Shown: positions 39,740 through 54,800 of the stretch, one piece after another
Position numbering within the stretch: position 1 is the first letter of the stretch
How the letters are laid out: the number at the start of each line of letters is the position of its first letter
NCBI GenBank assembly: GCA_964016885.1
Contig: OZ024742.1
Span: 346,084,001-346,148,000 of the forward strand
Direction of reading: 5' to 3'
Origin: Eledone cirrhosa
Taxonomy: Eukaryota
Length of the DNA: 64,000 bases
Made by a program: the position numbers and the translations under genes
The notes under the pieces: generated by a model
The model's input: only the letters and a program-made list of their open reading frames with translations
What the model was told of the DNA's origin: nothing
The model's database searches: none

Positions 39740-40075
39740 TCCATGTTTCATTCGTCGATTTTTACGATGAGTTTTCCAGTTGTTCGATCAACTTGCTCGA
39801 AAGTTAAGGGGTGAGTGTCTGAGCATTCTATAAACATGTGTCTCCTTAACGTAATTCTCAGGGAGATTCGCCGTCTTGTAGTGTCTAACATGGCTGTCCC
39901 TTTGAATTACAGGTAGCATCCATCCAATGGGCTTCCAAACAGTTTCTGTCTACAAAATTCCAGCCACAAGGCTATGGTAAATGATTCTTGCCCTTTCTTG
40001 GACACCCAGTGGGATCGAACAGGGAGCTAAATATTGAAAAACGAACTTCTTAAGCAGACGACCATGTTGCGTCTA
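39740..40075 (-). mobile_element. Degenerate SINE
   Basis: Minus strand B-box GTTCGATCCC near 40010-40020; 39770-39870 resembles the reverse complement of 12020-12130. Confidence 0.5.
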
Positions 40076-40080
40076 CGTTA

Positions 40081-40086
40081 CATACT

Positions 40087-40132
<46 letters not shown>

Positions 40133-40500
40133 TGCACACACACACACACAGATGCACACACACACACAGATGCACACACACATATACACCCACCAGCACA
40201 GACGCACACACACACATACACATTCACACACTCTCACACACACACAAACACATGTATACAGTCACACTCACACAGACGCACGTATACAGACACATACAAC
40301 ATACAAACACATACACACACACACACACTCACACACACAGACGCACACAAACATACACATACACACAATCACACACACACATTCACACATACACATACGC
40401 ACATGCACAAACACACTCACACATACAAACACATCCACACACTCACACACACTTTCACACACTCACCTTCACACCTCCACACACAATTACACACACGCAT
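40081..40500. repeat. Degenerate (CA)n low-complexity tract
   Basis: CA-rich run; His/Thr ORFs are artefacts. Confidence 0.9.
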
Positions 40501-40694
40501 TGAAATGTAAAGTATATATAGTTTTACTGTGAAAAAATAGGCAAAATTGTTTTATCCCAGTTTTTATTTGTCTGTGAGGGGAAATCCTAGGATTAGCACT
40601 CCCTCTAACTCTCCTTCCAACGAGACTTCAGCTAATTCTTCCACTTTCCAGAAACCCCCTCTAACTCTCCTCCTTCCACCGAGACCCCCTCTAA

Positions 40695-42452
40695 CTCACC
40701 CCAAGCAACAAGACTCAGCCCTACCTCCTCCCTTCCAACCTCACCCCCTCTAACTCCCCGCAACCAACAAAACTCAGCCCTACCTCCTCCCTTCCAACGT
40801 GACCCTCTCTAACTCCCCCCAACCAACAACACTCAGCCCTACCTCCTCCCTTCCAACCTCACCCATTCTAACTCCCCCCAACCAGCAACACTCAGCCCTA
40901 CCTCCTCCCTTCCAACGTGACCCCCTCTAACTCCCCCAACCAACAACACTCAGCCCTACCTCCTCCCTTCCAACGTGACCCCCTCTAACTCCCCCCAACC
41001 AACAACACTCAGCCCTACCTCCTCCCTTCCAACGTGACCCTCTATAACTCCCCCCAACCAACAACACTCAGCCCTACCTCCTCCCTTCCAACCTCACCCA
41101 TTCTAACTCCCCCCAACCAACAACACTCAGCCCTACCTCCTCCCTTCCAAAGTGACCCCCTCTAACACCGCCAACCAACAACACTCAGCCCTACCTCCTC
41201 CCTTCCAACCCCACCCATTCTAACTCCCCCCAACCAACAACACTCAGCCCTACCTCCTCCCTTCCAACCTCACCCATTCTAACTCCCCTCAACCAACAAC
41301 ACTCAGCCCTATCTCCTCCCTTCCAACGTGACCCCCTCTAACTCCCCCCAACCAACAACACTCAGCCCTACCTCCTCCCTTCCAACCTCACCCATTCTAA
41401 CTCCCCCCAACCAACAACACTCAGCCCTACCTCCTCCCTTCAAACGTGACCCCCTCTAACTCCCCCCAACCAACAACACTCAGCCCTACCTCCTCCTTTC
41501 CAACGTGACCCCCTCTAACTCCCCGCAACCAACAAAACTCAGCCCTACCTCCTCCCTTCCAACGTGACCCTCTCTAACTCCCCCCAACCAACAACACTCA
41601 GCCCTACCTCCTCCCTTCCAACCTCACCCATTCTAACTCCCCCCAACCAGCAACACTCAGCCCTACCTCCTCCCTTCCAACGTGACCCCCTCTAACTCCC
41701 CCAACCAACAACACTCAGCCCTACCTCCTCCCTTCCAACGTGACCCCCTCTAACTCCCCCCAACCAACAACACTCAGCCCTACCTCCTCCCTTCCAACGT
41801 GACCCTCTATAACTCCCCCCAACCAACAACACTCAGCCCTACCTCCTCCCTTCCAACCTCACCCATTCTAACTCCCCCCAACCAACAACACTCAGCCCTA
41901 CCACCTCCCTTCCAAAGTGACCCCCTCTAACACCGCCAACCAACAACACTCAGCCCTACCTCCTCCCTTCCAACCCCACCCATTCTAACTCCCCCCAACC
42001 AACAACACTCAGCCCTACCTCCTCCCTTCCAACCTCACCCATTCTAACTCCCCTCAACCAACAACACTCAGCCCTATCTCCTCCCTTCCAACGTGACCCC
42101 CTCTAACTCCCCCCAACCAACAACACTCAGCCCTACCTCCTCCCTTCCAACCTCACCCATTCTAACTCCCCCCAACCAACAACACTCAGCCCTACCTCCT
42201 CCCTTCAAACGTGACCCCCTCTAACTCCCCCCAACCAACAACACTCAGCCCTACCTCCTCCCTTCCAACGTGACCCTCTATAACTCCCCCCAACCAACAA
42301 CACTCAGCCCTACCTCCTCCCTTCCAACCTCACCCATTCTAACTCCCCCCAACCAACAACACTCAGCCCTACCTCCTCCCTTCCAACGTGACCCCCTCTA
42401 ACTCCCCCAACCAACAACACTTAGCCCTACCTCCTCCCTTCCAACGTGACTC
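40695..42452. repeat. ~59-bp C-rich minisatellite (~30 units) with a 765-bp higher-order duplication
   Basis: CCAACCAACAACACTCAGCCCTACCTCCTCCCTTCCAACGTGACCCCCTCTAACTCCCC; rare variants at 40756/41521 and 41164/41929. Confidence 0.95.
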
Positions 42453-42809
42453 AATCTTACTGTCTCTCTTTCTTATGATTACCTCTACCAAAGTTCCCAC
42501 TAACTTTCCCCATCCCCATCCGCTTTGACCAAAAATATTTTACATTGAAAGCTGCAGTGAGGCAACAGTTTGAAGTGTGCCTTACCAACACAGTTACAGG
42601 CAACAATTCAAGGTAACTGAGTAGCAACATTTTGATAAATGTGGCACCAACACAATTACAGGAAACATTTCAAAGTAACTGAGTAGCAACTTTTAGTAAA
42701 TGTGACATCAAAGCAACTGAGTAGCAACTTTTTGGTGCAAACAGCATCAATAAAGACAACATGTCAAAGATACCGAGCAGCAACATTTTGATGCGTTCAG
42801 CACCAACAC

Positions 42810-45800
42810 ATCGATTGTGTAGCACCAACACACCAACTATGTAGTACCAACACACCAACTGTTTAGTACCAACACAACAACTGTGTAGTACCAATACACC
42901 AACTGTTTAGTACCAACACACCAACTGTGTAGTACCAACACACCAACTGTTTAGTACCAACACACAACTGTGTAGTACCAACACACCAACTATGTAGTAC
43001 GAACACACCAACTGTTTAGTACCAACACAACAACTGTGTAGTACCAATACACCAGCTGTGTATCACCAACACACCAACTGTGTAGTACCAACACACTAAC
43101 TGTGTAGTACCAACACACCAACTGTGTAGTACCAATACACCAGCTGTGTATCACCAACACACCAACTGTGTAGTACCAACACACTAACTGTGTAGTACCA
43201 ACACACCAACTGTGTAGTACCAACACACCAACTGTGTATCACCAACACACCAACTGTGTAGTACCAATACACCAGCTGTGTATCACCAACACACCAAATA
43301 TGTAGTACCAATACACTAACTGTGTAGTACCAACACACCAACTGTGTAGTACCAACACACCAACTGTGTAGCAGCAACACACCAACTGTTTAGTACCAAC
43401 TGTGTATAACCAACACACCAACTGTGTAGTACAAACTGTGTAGCACCAACACACAAACTGTGTAGTACCAACACACCAACTGTGTAGTACCAACTGTGTA
43501 GAACCAATGCACCAACTGTGTAGTACCAACGCACCAACTGTTTAGTACCAATACACCAACTGTATAGTACCAACACACCAATTGTGTAGTACCAACACAC
43601 GAACTGTGTAGTACCAACAAACCAGCTCTGTAGTACCAACACACCAACTGTTTAGTACTAATGACCAGCTGTATAGTACCAACACACCAACTGTGTAGTA
43701 CCAAGAGACGAACTGTGTATCACCAACACACCAACTGTTTAGTACCAACACACCAGCTGTGTAGTACCAACACACCAATTGTCTAGTACCAACACACCAA
43801 CTGTGTAGTATCAACACACCAACTGTGTAGTACCAACGTACCAACTGTGTAGTACCAACACACCAGCTGTGTAGTACCAACACACCAATTGTGTAGCGCC
43901 AACACACCAACTGTTTAGTACCAACTGTATAGTACCAACACACCAACTGTGTAGCACCAACACACCAACTGTCTAGAACCAATACACCAGCTGTGTAGTA
44001 CCCATACACCACCTGTGTAGTACCAACACACCAACTGTGTAGTACCAACACACAAACTGTGTAGTACCATCACACCATCTGTGTAGTACCAACACACCAA
44101 CTGTGTAGTACCAACACACCAACTGTGTAGGACCAACACACCAACTGTGTAGCACCAACACACCAACTGTTTACTACCAATACACCAGCTGTGTAGTACC
44201 ACCACACCAGCTGTGTAGTACCAACATATCAACTGTGTAGAACCAACACCAACTGTTTAGTACCAACACATCAACTGTGTAGTACCATCACACCAACTGT
44301 GAAGTACCAACACACCAACTGTGTAGTACCAACACACCAACTGTGTAGAACCAACACACCAACTGTGTAACACCAACTGTGTAGTACCTACTGTGTAGAA
44401 CCAACGCACCAACTGTGTAATACCAACACACCAACAGTTTAGTACTAATACACGAGCTGTATAATACCAACACACCAACTGTTTAGTACCAACACACCAG
44501 CTGTGTAGTACCAACACAACAGCTGTATAGTACCAATACACCAACTGTGTAGTTCCAACACACCAACTGTGTAGTACCAACACACCAACTGTCTAGTACC
44601 AACACACCAACTGTCTAGTATAAACACACGAATTGTGTAGTACCAACACACTAACTGTCTAGTACCAACACATCAACTGTATAGTACCAACACACCAACT
44701 GTGTAGCACCAACACACCAACTGTTTAGAACCAACACACCAGCTGTGTAGTACCGACACACAACCTGTGTAGTACCAACACACCAACTGTGTAGTACCAA
44801 CACACTAACTGTTTAGTACCAACACACCAACTGTGTAGTACCAACACACCAGCTGCGTAGTACCAACACACCAACTGTGTAGCACCAACACACCAACTGT
44901 TTCGTACCACTGTGTAGTACCAACACACCAGCTGTGTAGTACCAACACACCAACTGTGTAGCACCAACACACCAACTGTTTAGTACCAACTGTATAGTAC
45001 CAACACACCAACTGTGTAGTACCAACACACCAACTGTTTAGAACCAATACACCAGCTGTGTAGTACCGACAGACCAGCTGTGTAGTACCAACACACCAAC
45101 TGTGTAGTACCAACACACCAAATGTTTAGTACCAACACACCAACTGTGTAGTACCATCACACCATCTGTGTAGTACCAACACACCAAATGTGTAGTACCA
45201 ACACACCAACTGTGTAGTACCAACACACCAACTCTGTAGTACCAACACACCAACTGTGTAGCACCAAAACACCAACTGTTTAGTACCAATACACCAGCTG
45301 TGTAGTACCAACACATCAACTGTGTAGAACCAACATATCAACTGTGTAGTACCGACACACCAACTGTTTAGTACCAACACATCAACTGTGTAGTACCATC
45401 ACACCATCTGTGTAGTACCAACACACCAACTGTGAAGTACCAACACACCAACTGTGTAGTACCAACACACCAACTGTGTAGCACCAACACACCAACTGTT
45501 TGGTACCAACACACCAACTTTGTTGTACCAACACAGCAACTGTTTAGTACCAACACACCAACTGTGTAGTACCAACACACCAACTATGTAGTACCAACAC
45601 ACAAATTGTTTAGTACCAGCACACCAACTGTGTAGTACCAATACACCAACTGTATAGTACCAACTCACCAATTGTGTATCACCAACACACCAACTGTGTA
45701 GTACCAACACACCAACTGTGTAGTACCAACACACTAACTGTGTAGTACCAACACACCAACTGTGTAGTACCAACACACCAACTGTGTATCACCAACACAC

Positions 45801-48800
45801 CAACTGTGTAGTACCAATACACCAGCTGTGTATCACCAACACACCAAATATGTAGTACCAATACACTAACTGTGTAGTACCAACACACCAACTGTGTAGT
45901 ACCAACACACCAACTGTGTAGCAGCAACACACCAACTGTTTAGTACTAACTGTGTATAACCAACACACCAACTGTGTAGTACAAACTGTGTAGCACCAAC
46001 ACACAAACTGTGTAGTACCAACACACCAACTGTGTAGTACCAACTGTGTAGAACCAATGCACCAACTGTATAGTACCAACACACCAACTGTTTAGTACCA
46101 ATACACCAGCTGTATAGTACCAACACACCAATTGTGTAGTACCAACACACGAACTGTGTAGTACCAACACACCAGCTCTGTAGTACCAACACACCAACTG
46201 TTTAGTACTAATGACCAGCTGTATAGTACCAACACACCAACTGTGTAGTACCAAGAGACGAACTGTGTATCACCAACACACCAACTGTTTAGTACCAACA
46301 CACCAGCTGTGTAGTACCAACACACCAACTGTCTAGTACCAACACACCAACTGTGTAGTATCAACATACCAACTGTGTAGTACCAACGTACCAACTGTGT
46401 AGTACCAACACACCAGCTGCGTAGTACCAACACACCAATTGTGTAGCGCCAACACACCAACTGTTTAGTACCAACTGTATAGCACCAACACACCAACTGT
46501 CTAGAACCAATACACCAGCTGTGTAGTACCAACACACCACCTGTGTAGTACCAACACACCAACTGTGTAGTACCAACACACCAACTGTGTAGTACCATCA
46601 CACCATCTGTGTAGTACCAACACACCAACTGTGTAGTACCAACACACCAACTGTGTAGCACCAACACACCAACTGTTTACTACCAATACACCAGCTGTGT
46701 AGTACCACCACACCAGCTGTGTAGTACCAACATATCAACTGTGTAGAACCAACACACCAACTGTTTAGTACCAACACATCAACTGTGTAGTACCATCACA
46801 ACATCTGTGTAGTACCAACACACCAACTGTGAAGTACCAACACACCAACTGTGTAGTACCAACACACCAACTGTGTAGAACCAACACACCAACTGTGTAA
46901 CAACCAACTGTGTAGTACCTACTGTGTAGAACCAACGCACCAACTGTGTAGTACCAACACACCAACAGTTTAGTACTAATACACCAGCTGTATAATACCA
47001 ACACACCAACTGTTTAGTACCAACACACCAGCTGTGTAGTACCAACACAACAACTGTGTAGTACCAATACACCAACTGTGTAGTTCCAACACACCAACTG
47101 TGTAGTACCAACACACCAACTGTCTAGTATAAACACACGAATTGTGTAGTACCAACACACTAACTGTCTAGTACCAACACATCAACTGTATAGTACCAAC
47201 ACACCAACTGTGTAGCACCAACACACCAACTGTTTAGTACCAACACATCAACTGTGTAGTACCATCACACCATCTGTGTAGTACCAACACACCAACTGTG
47301 AAGTACCAACACACCAACTGTGTAGTACCAACACACCAACTGTGTAGAACCAACACACCAACTGTGTAACACCAACTGTGTAGTACCTACTGTGTAGAAC
47401 CAACGCACCAACTGTGTAGTACCAACACACCAAAAGTTTAGTACTAATACACCAGCTGTATAATACCAACACACCAACTGTTTAGTACCAACACACCAAC
47501 TGTGTAGTACCAACACACAAACTGTGTAGTACCATCACACCATCTGTGTAGTACCAACACACCAACTGTGTAGTACCAACACACCAACTGTGTAGGACCA
47601 ACACACCAACTGTGTAGCACCAACACACCAACTGTTTACTACCAATACACCAGCTGTGTAGTACCACCACACCAGCTGTGTAGTACCAACATATCAACTG
47701 TGTAGAACCAACACCAACTGTTTAGTACCAACACATCAACTGTGTAGTACCATCACACCAACTGTGAAGTACCAACACACCAACTGTGTAGTACCAACAC
47801 ACCAACTGTGTAGAACCAACACACCAACTGTGTAACACCAACTGTGTAGTACCTACTGTGTAGAACCAACGCACCAACTGTGTAATACCAACACACCAAC
47901 AGTTTAGTACTAATACACGAGCTGTATAATACCAACACACCAACTGTTTAGTACCAACACACCAGCTGTGTAGTACCAACACAACAGCTGTATAGTACCA
48001 ATACACCAACTGTGTAGTTCCAACACACCAACTGTGTAGTACCAACACACCAACTGTCTAGTACCAACACACCAACTGTCTAGTATAAACACACGAATTG
48101 TGTAGTACCAACACACTAACTGTCTAGTACCAACACATCAACTGTATAGTACCAACACACCAACTGTGTAGCACCAACACACCAACTGTTTAGAACCAAC
48201 ACACCAGCTGTGTAGTACCGACACACAACCTGTGTAGTACCAACACACCAACTGTGTAGTACCAACACACTAACTGTTTAGTACCAACACACCAACTGTG
48301 TAGTACCAACACACCAGCTGCGTAGTACCAACACACCAACTGTGTAGCACCAACACACCAACTGTTTCGTACCACTGTGTAGTACCAACACACCAGCTGT
48401 GTAGTACCAACACACCAACTGTGTAGCACCAACACACCAACTGTTTAGTACCAACTGTATAGTACCAACACACCAACTGTGTAGTACCAACACACCAACT
48501 GTTTAGAACCAATACACCAGCTGTGTAGTACCGACAGACCAGCTGTGTAGTACCAACACACCAACTGTGTAGTACCAACACACCAAATGTTTAGTACCAA
48601 CACACCAACTGTGTAGTACCATCACACCATCTGTGTAGTACCAACACACCAAATGTGTAGTACCAACACACCAACTGTGTAGTACCAACACACCAACTCT
48701 GTAGTACCAACACACCAACTGTGTAGCACCAAAACACCAACTGTTTAGTACCAATACACCAGCTGTGTAGTACCAACACATCAACTGTGTAGAACCAACA

Positions 48801-51800
48801 TATCAACTGTGTAGTACCGACACACCAACTGTTTAGTACCAACACATCAACTGTGTAGTACCATCACACCATCTGTGTAGTACCAACACACCAACTGTGA
48901 AGTACCAACACACCAACTGTGTAGTACCAACACACCAACTGTGTAGCACCAACACACCAACTGTTTGGTACCAACACACCAACTTTGTTGTACCAACACA
49001 GCAACTGTTTAGTACCAACACACCAACTGTGTAGTACCAACACACCAACTATGTAGTACCAACACACAAATTGTTTAGTACCAGCACACCAACTGTGTAG
49101 TACCAATACACCAACTGTATAGTACCAACTCACCAATTGTGTATCACCAACACACCAACTGTGTAGTACCAACACACCAACTGTGTAGTACCAACACACT
49201 AACTGTGTAGTACCAACACACCAACTGTGTAGTACCAACACACCAACTGTGTATCACCAACACACCAACTGTGTAGTACCAATACACCAGCTGTGTATCA
49301 CCAACACACCAAATATGTAGTACCAATACACTAACTGTGTAGTACCAACACACCAACTGTGTAGTACCAACACACCAACTGTGTAGCAGCAACACACCAA
49401 CTGTTTAGTACTAACTGTGTATAACCAACACACCAACTGTGTAGTACAAACTGTGTAGCACCAACACACAAACTGTGTAGTACCAACACACCAACTGTGT
49501 AGTACCAACTGTGTAGAACCAATGCACCAACTGTATAGTACCAACACACCAACTGTTTAGTACCAATACACCAGCTGTATAGTACCAACACACCAATTGT
49601 GTAGTACCAACACACGAACTGTGTAGTACCAACACACCAGCTCTGTAGTACCAACACACCAACTGTTTAGTACTAATGACCAGCTGTATAGTACCAACAC
49701 ACCAACTGTGTAGTACCAAGAGACGAACTGTGTATCACCAACACACCAACTGTTTAGTACCAACACACCAGCTGTGTAGTACCAACACACCAACTGTCTA
49801 GTACCAACACACCAACTGTGTAGTATCAACATACCAACTGTGTAGTACCAACGTACCAACTGTGTAGTACCAACACACCAGCTGCGTAGTACCAACACAC
49901 CAATTGTGTAGCGCCAACACACCAACTGTTTAGTACCAACTGTATAGCACCAACACACCAACTGTCTAGAACCAATACACCAGCTGTGTAGTACCAACAC
50001 ACCACCTGTGTAGTACCAACACACCAACTGTGTAGTACCAACACACCAACTGTGTAGTACCATCACACCATCTGTGTAGTACCAACACACCAACTGTGTA
50101 GTACCAACACACCAACTGTGTAGCACCAACACACCAACTGTTTACTACCAATACACCAGCTGTGTAGTACCACCACACCAGCTGTGTAGTACCAACATAT
50201 CAACTGTGTAGAACCAACACACCAACTGTTTAGTACCAACACATCAACTGTGTAGTACCATCACAACATCTGTGTAGTACCAACACACCAACTGTGAAGT
50301 ACCAACACACCAACTGTGTAGTACCAACACACCAACTGTGTAGAACCAACACACCAACTGTGTAACAACCAACTGTGTAGTACCTACTGTGTAGAACCAA
50401 CGCACCAACTGTGTAGTACCAACACACCAACAGTTTAGTACTAATACACCAGCTGTATAATACCAACACACCAACTGTTTAGTACCAACACACCAGCTGT
50501 GTAGTACCAACACAACAACTGTGTAGTACCAATACACCAACTGTGTAGTTCCAACACACCAACTGTGTAGTACCAACACACCAACTGTCTAGTATAAACA
50601 CACGAATTGTGTAGTACCAACACACTAACTGTCTAGTACCAACACATCAACTGTATAGTACCAACACACCAACTGTGTAGCACCAACACACCAACTGTTT
50701 AGTACCAACACATCAACTGTGTAGTACCATCACACCATCTGTGTAGTACCAACACACCAACTGTGAAGTACCAACACACCAACTGTGTAGTACCAACACA
50801 CCAACTGTGTAGAACCAACACACCAACTGTGTAACACCAACTGTGTAGTACCTACTGTGTAGAACCAACGCACCAACTGTGTAGTACCAACACACCAAAA
50901 GTTTAGTACTAATACACCAGCTGTATAATACCAACACACCAACTGTTTAGTACCAACACACCAGCTGTGTAGTACCAACACAACAACTGTGTAGTACCAA
51001 TACACCAACTGTGTAGTTCCAACACACCAACTGTGTAGTACCAACACACCAACTGTCTAGTATAAACACACGAATTGTGTAGTACCAACACACTAACTGT
51101 CTAGTACCAACACATCAACTGTATAGTACCAACACACCAACTGTGTAGCCCCAACACACCAACTGTTTAGAACCAACACACCAGCTGTGTAGTACCGACA
51201 CACAAGCTGTGTAGTACCAACACACCAACTGTGTAGTACCAACACACTAACTGTTTAGTACCAACACACCAACTGTGTAGTACCAACACACCAGCTGCGT
51301 AGTACCAACACACCAACTGTTTCGTACCACTGTGTAGTACCAACACACCAGCTGTGTAGTACCAACACACCAACTGTTTCGTACCACTGTGTAGTACCAA
51401 CACACCAACTGTGTAGCACCAACACACCAACTGTTTCGTACCACTGTGTAGTACCAACACACCAGCTGTGTAGTACCAACACACCAACTGTGTAGCACCA
51501 ACACACCAACTGTTTAGTACCAACTGTATAGTACCAACACACCAACTGTCTAGTACCAACACACCAACTGTTTAGAACCAATACACCAGCTGTGTAGTAC
51601 CGACAGACCAGCTGTGTAGTACCAACACACCAACTGTGTAGTACCAACACACCAAATGTTTAGTACCAACACACCAACTGTGTAGTACCATCACACCATC
51701 TGTGTAGTACCAACACACCAAATGTGTAGTACCAACACACCAACTGTGTAGTACCAACACACCAACTCTGTAGTACCAACACACCAACTGTGTAGCACCA

Positions 51801-54800
51801 ACACACCAACTGTTTAGTACCAATACACCAGCTGTGTAGTACCAACACATCAACTGTGTAGAACCAACATATCAACTGTGTAGTACCGACACACCAACTG
51901 TTTAGTACCAACACATCCACTGTGTAGTACCATCACACCATCTGTGTAGTACCAACACACCAACTGTGAAGTACCAACACACCAGCTGTGTAGTACCAAC
52001 ATACCAACTGTGTAGCACCAACACACCAACTGTTTGGTACCAACACACCAACTGTGTTGTACCAACACAGCAACTGTTTAGTACCAACACACCAACTGTG
52101 TAGTACCAACACACCAACTGTGTAGTACCAACACACCAATTGTTTAGTACCAGCACACCAATTGTGAAGTACCAATACACCAACTGTATAGTACCAACTC
52201 ACCAATTGTGTATCACCAACACACCAACTGTGTAGTACCAACACACCAACTGTGTAGTACCAACACACCAACTGTTTAGTACCAACACACCAACTGTGTA
52301 GTAGCAATACACCAACTGTGTAGTACCAACACACCAATTGTGTATCACCAACACACCAACTGTGTAGTACCAATACACCAGCTGTGTATCACCAACACAC
52401 CAACTGTGTAGTACTAACGCACTAACTGTGTAGTACCAACACACCAACTGTGTAGTACAAACACACCAACTGTGTATCACCAACACACCAACTGTGTAGT
52501 ACCAATGCACCAGCTGTGTATCACCAATACACCAACACTGTAGTACCAATACACTAACTGTGTAGTACCAACACACCAACTGTGTACTACCAACACACCA
52601 GCTGCGTAGTACCAACACACCAACTGTGTATCACCAACACACCAACTGTTTTGTACCAATACACCAGATGTGTAGAACCAACACACCAGCTGTGTAGTAC
52701 CAACACACCAACTGTGTAGTACCAACACACCAACAGTTTAGTACCAACACACCAACTGTGTAGTACCATCACACCAGCTGTGTAGTTCCAACACACCAAC
52801 TGTGTAGTACCAACACACGATCTGTGTAATACCAACACACCAACTATGTAGTACCAACTGTGTAGTACCAACACACCAACTGTATAGTACCAACACACCA
52901 ACTGTTTAGTACCAACACACCATCTGTGTAGTACCAACACACCAACAGTGTAGTACTAACACACCAACAGTGTAGTATCAACACACCAACTGTGTATTAC
53001 CAACGCACCGACTGTGTAGTACCAACACACCATCTGTGTAGTACCAACACACCAGCTGTGTAGTACCAACACACCAACTGTGTAGTACCAACACACGAAT
53101 TGTGTATCACCAATACACCAGCTGTGTAGTACCAACACACCAGCTGTGTAGTACCAACACACCAACTGTGTAGTACCAACACACCAGCTGTGTAGTACCA
53201 ACACACCAACTGTGTAGCACCAAAACACCAACTGTTTACTACCAACTGTGTAGCACCAACACACCAACAGTTTAGTACCAACTGTGTAGCACCAACACCA
53301 ACTGTTAGTACCAATACACCAACTGTGTAGTACCACCACACCAGCTGTGTAGTACCAACATACCAACTGTGTAGTACCATCACGCCAATGTTTAGTATCA
53401 ACACACCAACTGTGAGCACCAACACACCAACTGTGTAGTACCAACGCACCAAGTGTGTAGTACCAACACACCAACTGTTTAGTACCAACACACCAACTGT
53501 GTAGTACCAATACACCAACTGTGTAGTACCAACTCACCAATTGTGTATCAACAACACACCAACTGTGTAGTACCAACACACCAACTGTGTAGTACCAACA
53601 CACCAACTGTATAGTACTGACACACCAACTGTGTAATACCAATACACCAAATGTGTAGTACCAACACACCAGTTGTGTATCACCAACACACGAACTGTGT
53701 AGTCCAAATATACCAGCTGTGTATCACCAACACACCAACTGTGTAGTACCAACACAATAACTGTGTAGTACCAACACACCAACTGTGTAGTACCAACACA
53801 CCAACTGTGTATCACCAACACACCAGCTGTGTAGTACCAATATACCAGCTGTGTATCACCAACACACCAAATCTGTAGTACCAATACACTAACTGTGTAG
53901 TACCAATACACCAACAGTGTAGCACCAACACACCAACTGTTTAGTACCAACTGTGTAGTACCAACTGTGTAGCACCAACACACGAACTGTGTAGTACCAA
54001 CACACCAACTGTGTAGTACCAACTGTATAGAACCAACTCACCAACTGTGTAGTACCAACACACCAACAGTTTAGTACTAATACACCAGCTGTATAATACC
54101 AACACACCAATTGTGTAGTACCAACACACGAACTGTGTATCACCAACACACCAACTGTTTAGTACCAACACACCAGCTGTGTAGTACCAACACACCAACG
54201 GTGTTGTACCAACACATCAACTGTGTAGTTCCAACATACCAACTGTGTAGAACCAACACACCAACTGTGTAGTATCAACACACCAACTGTGTAGTACCAA
54301 CACATCAACTGTATAGTACCAGCACACAAACTGTGTAGCGCCAACACACCAACTGTTTAGAACCAAATCACCAGCTGTGTAGTACCAACACACGAGCTGT
54401 GTAGTATCAACACACCAACTGTGTAGTACCAACACACCAACTGTTTAGTACCAACACACCAAATGTGTAGTACCAACACACCAACTGTGTAGTACCAACA
54501 CACCAGCTGCGTAGTACCAACAGACGAACTGTGTATCACCAACACACCAACTGTTTAGTACCAACACACCAACTGTTTAGTACCAACACAACAACTGTGT
54601 AGTACCAACGCACCAAGTGTGTAGTACCAACACACCAACTGTTTAGTACCAACACACCAACTGTGTAGTACCAACACACCAACTGTGTATCACCAACACA
54701 CCAACTCTGTAATACCAATACACTAATTCTGTAGTACCAACACACCAACTGTGTAGTACCAACACACCAACTGTGTAGCACCAACACACCAACTGTGTAG

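Noticed and set aside
42810-43000. Common origin of the 13-bp and reverse-complemented 22-bp satellites
   Set aside because: Shared GTTGGTGTG/GTACT resemblance is explained by low complexity
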